From Clostridia bacterium (GTDB taxonomy: Bacteria; Bacillota; Clostridia; CAKSNL01; HGM11501), in assembly GCA_045545475.1 (NCBI GenBank), contig JAZQAZ010000010.1, forward strand, positions 64,001-128,000: a DNA stretch of 64,000 bases. The letters are read 5' to 3'. The notes beneath the pieces were generated by a model. The model was not told the origin of the DNA. It searched no databases and worked only from the letters and a program-made list of their open reading frames with translations. Positions 62,577-64,000 of this stretch are shown in pieces (the first letter of the stretch is position 1; the number at the start of each line of letters is the position of its first letter). The position numbers and the translations under genes were made by a program.

Positions 62577-62724
62577 CATTTCGAGTGTGCTCCGTTATGT
62601 CCTTTTGCGGTGCCCGGGAAAATTTCACACCTTGTGTTTATTTTTCCGACCGCGGCAGCTCCTTATTGCTCGCTGAATCTGCCACAGGCAGTGCTCGCAA
62701 ACGTCACCACTTCGATACGTATAT
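62577..62724 (-). pseudogene. 5' half of the disrupted host tRNA-Ser(CGA), itself interrupted by a 106-bp insert
   Basis: Minus strand ACGTATCGAAGTGGT[insert 62600-62705]CATAACGGAGCACACTCGAAATG; its ACG pairs with the acceptor CGT of the 37245 half. Confidence 0.8.
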
Positions 62725-62755
62725 AATATTGACTGCTTTTTTGCAACTGTTATTT

Positions 62756-62784
62756 ATAATACCACAGAAACCTTTTTGTGTCAA
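62756..62784 (-). promoter_or_regulatory. Original host tRNA promoter
   Basis: Minus strand TTGACA-17-TATTAT with a TG extension, pointing into the tRNA remnant and island. Confidence 0.7.
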
Positions 62785-62885
62785 TAAAAATCTGGCTTAC
62801 AATTTAAAAATCCTATTGAAAAAGAAATACTTTTGTGGTAATATAAAAACATTGACAAAAAATAAAATCGAGGAAGTGAACTATC

Positions 62886-64000
62886 TTGGCAAAAGGAAAA
62901 TTCCAGATAGATATGAGCAAGGGATCAATATTTAAAAATATTGTGTTTTTCGCATTTCCATTGATGCTTACAAGCCTTCTTCAGCTTTTCTACAACGCAG
63001 CTGACCTTGTAATTGTAAGCCGTTTCGCCGGCTCTAACGCTATGGCATCTGTCGGAGCTACAAGTTCTGTTACCAATCTTTTAATCAATCTATTTATCGG
63101 TCTTTCTATGGGAGCCGGGGTAATTGTTTCCAGAAAATTCGGAGCGCAGGATAAAGAAGGAATCAAACGCTCAGTTCATACTGCCATGCTTCTTGGTATA
63201 ACTGTCGGAATTCTGGCAGGCATTCTCGGAATATTTATTTCGGAGCCTATATTAAAGCTTATGGGAATTCCGGAAGGCGAAGTTATGGACGGTGCGGTTC
63301 TATATATGAAAATACTCTTTATCGGTGTTCCGGCATCTCTTGCTTACAATTTTGGAGCATCAATATTGAGAGCGGTGGGGGATACACGCCGTCCCTTATA
63401 CATACTGGCAAGTGCCGGAATTATCAATGTAATATTAAATCTTGTGCTTGTTATTTTTTTTCATCTTGACGTTGCCGGCGTTGCAATCGCAACGGCAGTA
63501 TCAAACTATGTATCAGTTATTGCTGTCTTCTATATTTTGACTCATACCAAAGATGATATAAAAATAGAAATCAAAAAGCTTAAATTCCATAAGCATGAGC
63601 TTAAAGAAATTCTCAGGATTGGCCTTCCTGCCGGAGTGCAGTCTTCATTTTTCAGCCTTTCAAACACCGTTATACAGTCATCTGTAAACAGCTTTGGTGA
63701 AGCGGCAATTGCAGGAAATGCTGCAGGCGGAAATATCGAAGGCTTTGTGTATGTGGCCATGAATGCCTTTTATCAGGCAACGCTTACAGGCGTAAGCCAG
63801 AATTACGGAGCCCAGGAAGAAAAGCGTATCAATAAAACCATATGGGTTGCACTTTTATGTGTTATAGTGGTCGGAGCAAGTCTTGGTGCACTTACTGTGG
63901 TATTTTCAGAGCAGCTTTTAGGTATTTACATAACAGATTCGGCTGAAGCCTTGAACTTTGGTGTAAAGCGAATGTATTTAACCTGTCTGCCTTATTTCCT
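62886..64000 (+). CDS. MATE family efflux transporter (runs off the window)
   Basis: Hand translation: MAKGKFQIDMSKGSIFKNIVFFAFPLMLTSLLQLFYNAADLVIV...LRAVGDTRRPL; absent from the ORF track because it has no stop in the window. Confidence 0.92.
   Translation, partial: MAKGKFQIDMSKGSIFKNIVFFAFPLMLTSLLQLFYNAADLVIVSRFAGSNAMASVGATSSVTNLLINLFIGLSMGAGVIVSRKFGAQDKEGIKRSVHTAMLLGITVGILAGILGIFISEPILKLMGIPEGEVMDGAVLYMKILFIGVPASLAYNFGASILRAVGDTRRPLYILASAGIINVILNLVLVIFFHLDVAGVAIATAVSNYVSVIAVFYILTHTKDDIKIEIKKLKFHKHELKEILRIGLPAGVQSSFFSLSNTVIQSSVNSFGEAAIAGNAAGGNIEGFVYVAMNAFYQATLTGVSQNYGAQEEKRINKTIWVALLCVIVVGASLGALTVVFSEQLLGIYITDSAEALNFGVKRMYLTCLPYF

Noticed and set aside
62563-62587. Similarity of the right junction (AAATGAGGTAAGC, minus strand) to the array motif AAAATGGTAAGC, as evidence for RNA-guided targeting
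   Set aside because: Match is short and gapped, and expected by chance in AT-rich DNA

Overview
Clostridia-like (Bacillota) chromosomal window. About 1-37.2 kb and 62.9-64 kb are host genes: queuosine-precursor transporter/SDR/M20/CapA cluster, a tandem-TIR-TPR protein, pflAB under a ZTP riboswitch, an ECF module with truA, a THF riboswitch with folT, pncB, a MacAB-like ABC exporter, SLH proteins, an amidase and a MATE transporter. From 37292 to 62587 lies a ~25.3 kb integrative element bounded by an 11-bp direct repeat (CATTTCGAGTG) in the anticodon arm of a host tRNA-Ser(CGA). The host tRNA is split and decaying, and the element carries its own complete tRNA-Ser(CGA). Cargo: an RNase III paralogue with a structured leader, and a minus-strand defence-like block (Fic x2, broken Mrr, DUF262, alphaCTD/sigma4 protein, PLD-helicase, macrodomain, VWA). 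The most unusual part is 56.8-60.6 kb: a serine invertase beside a hix-like invertible promoter, four promoter-led non-coding units sharing a tandem 16-nt motif, and a ~445-nt nested-helix element directly upstream of a second tyrosine recombinase. All calls come from reading the sequence by eye; no searches or folding programs were run.
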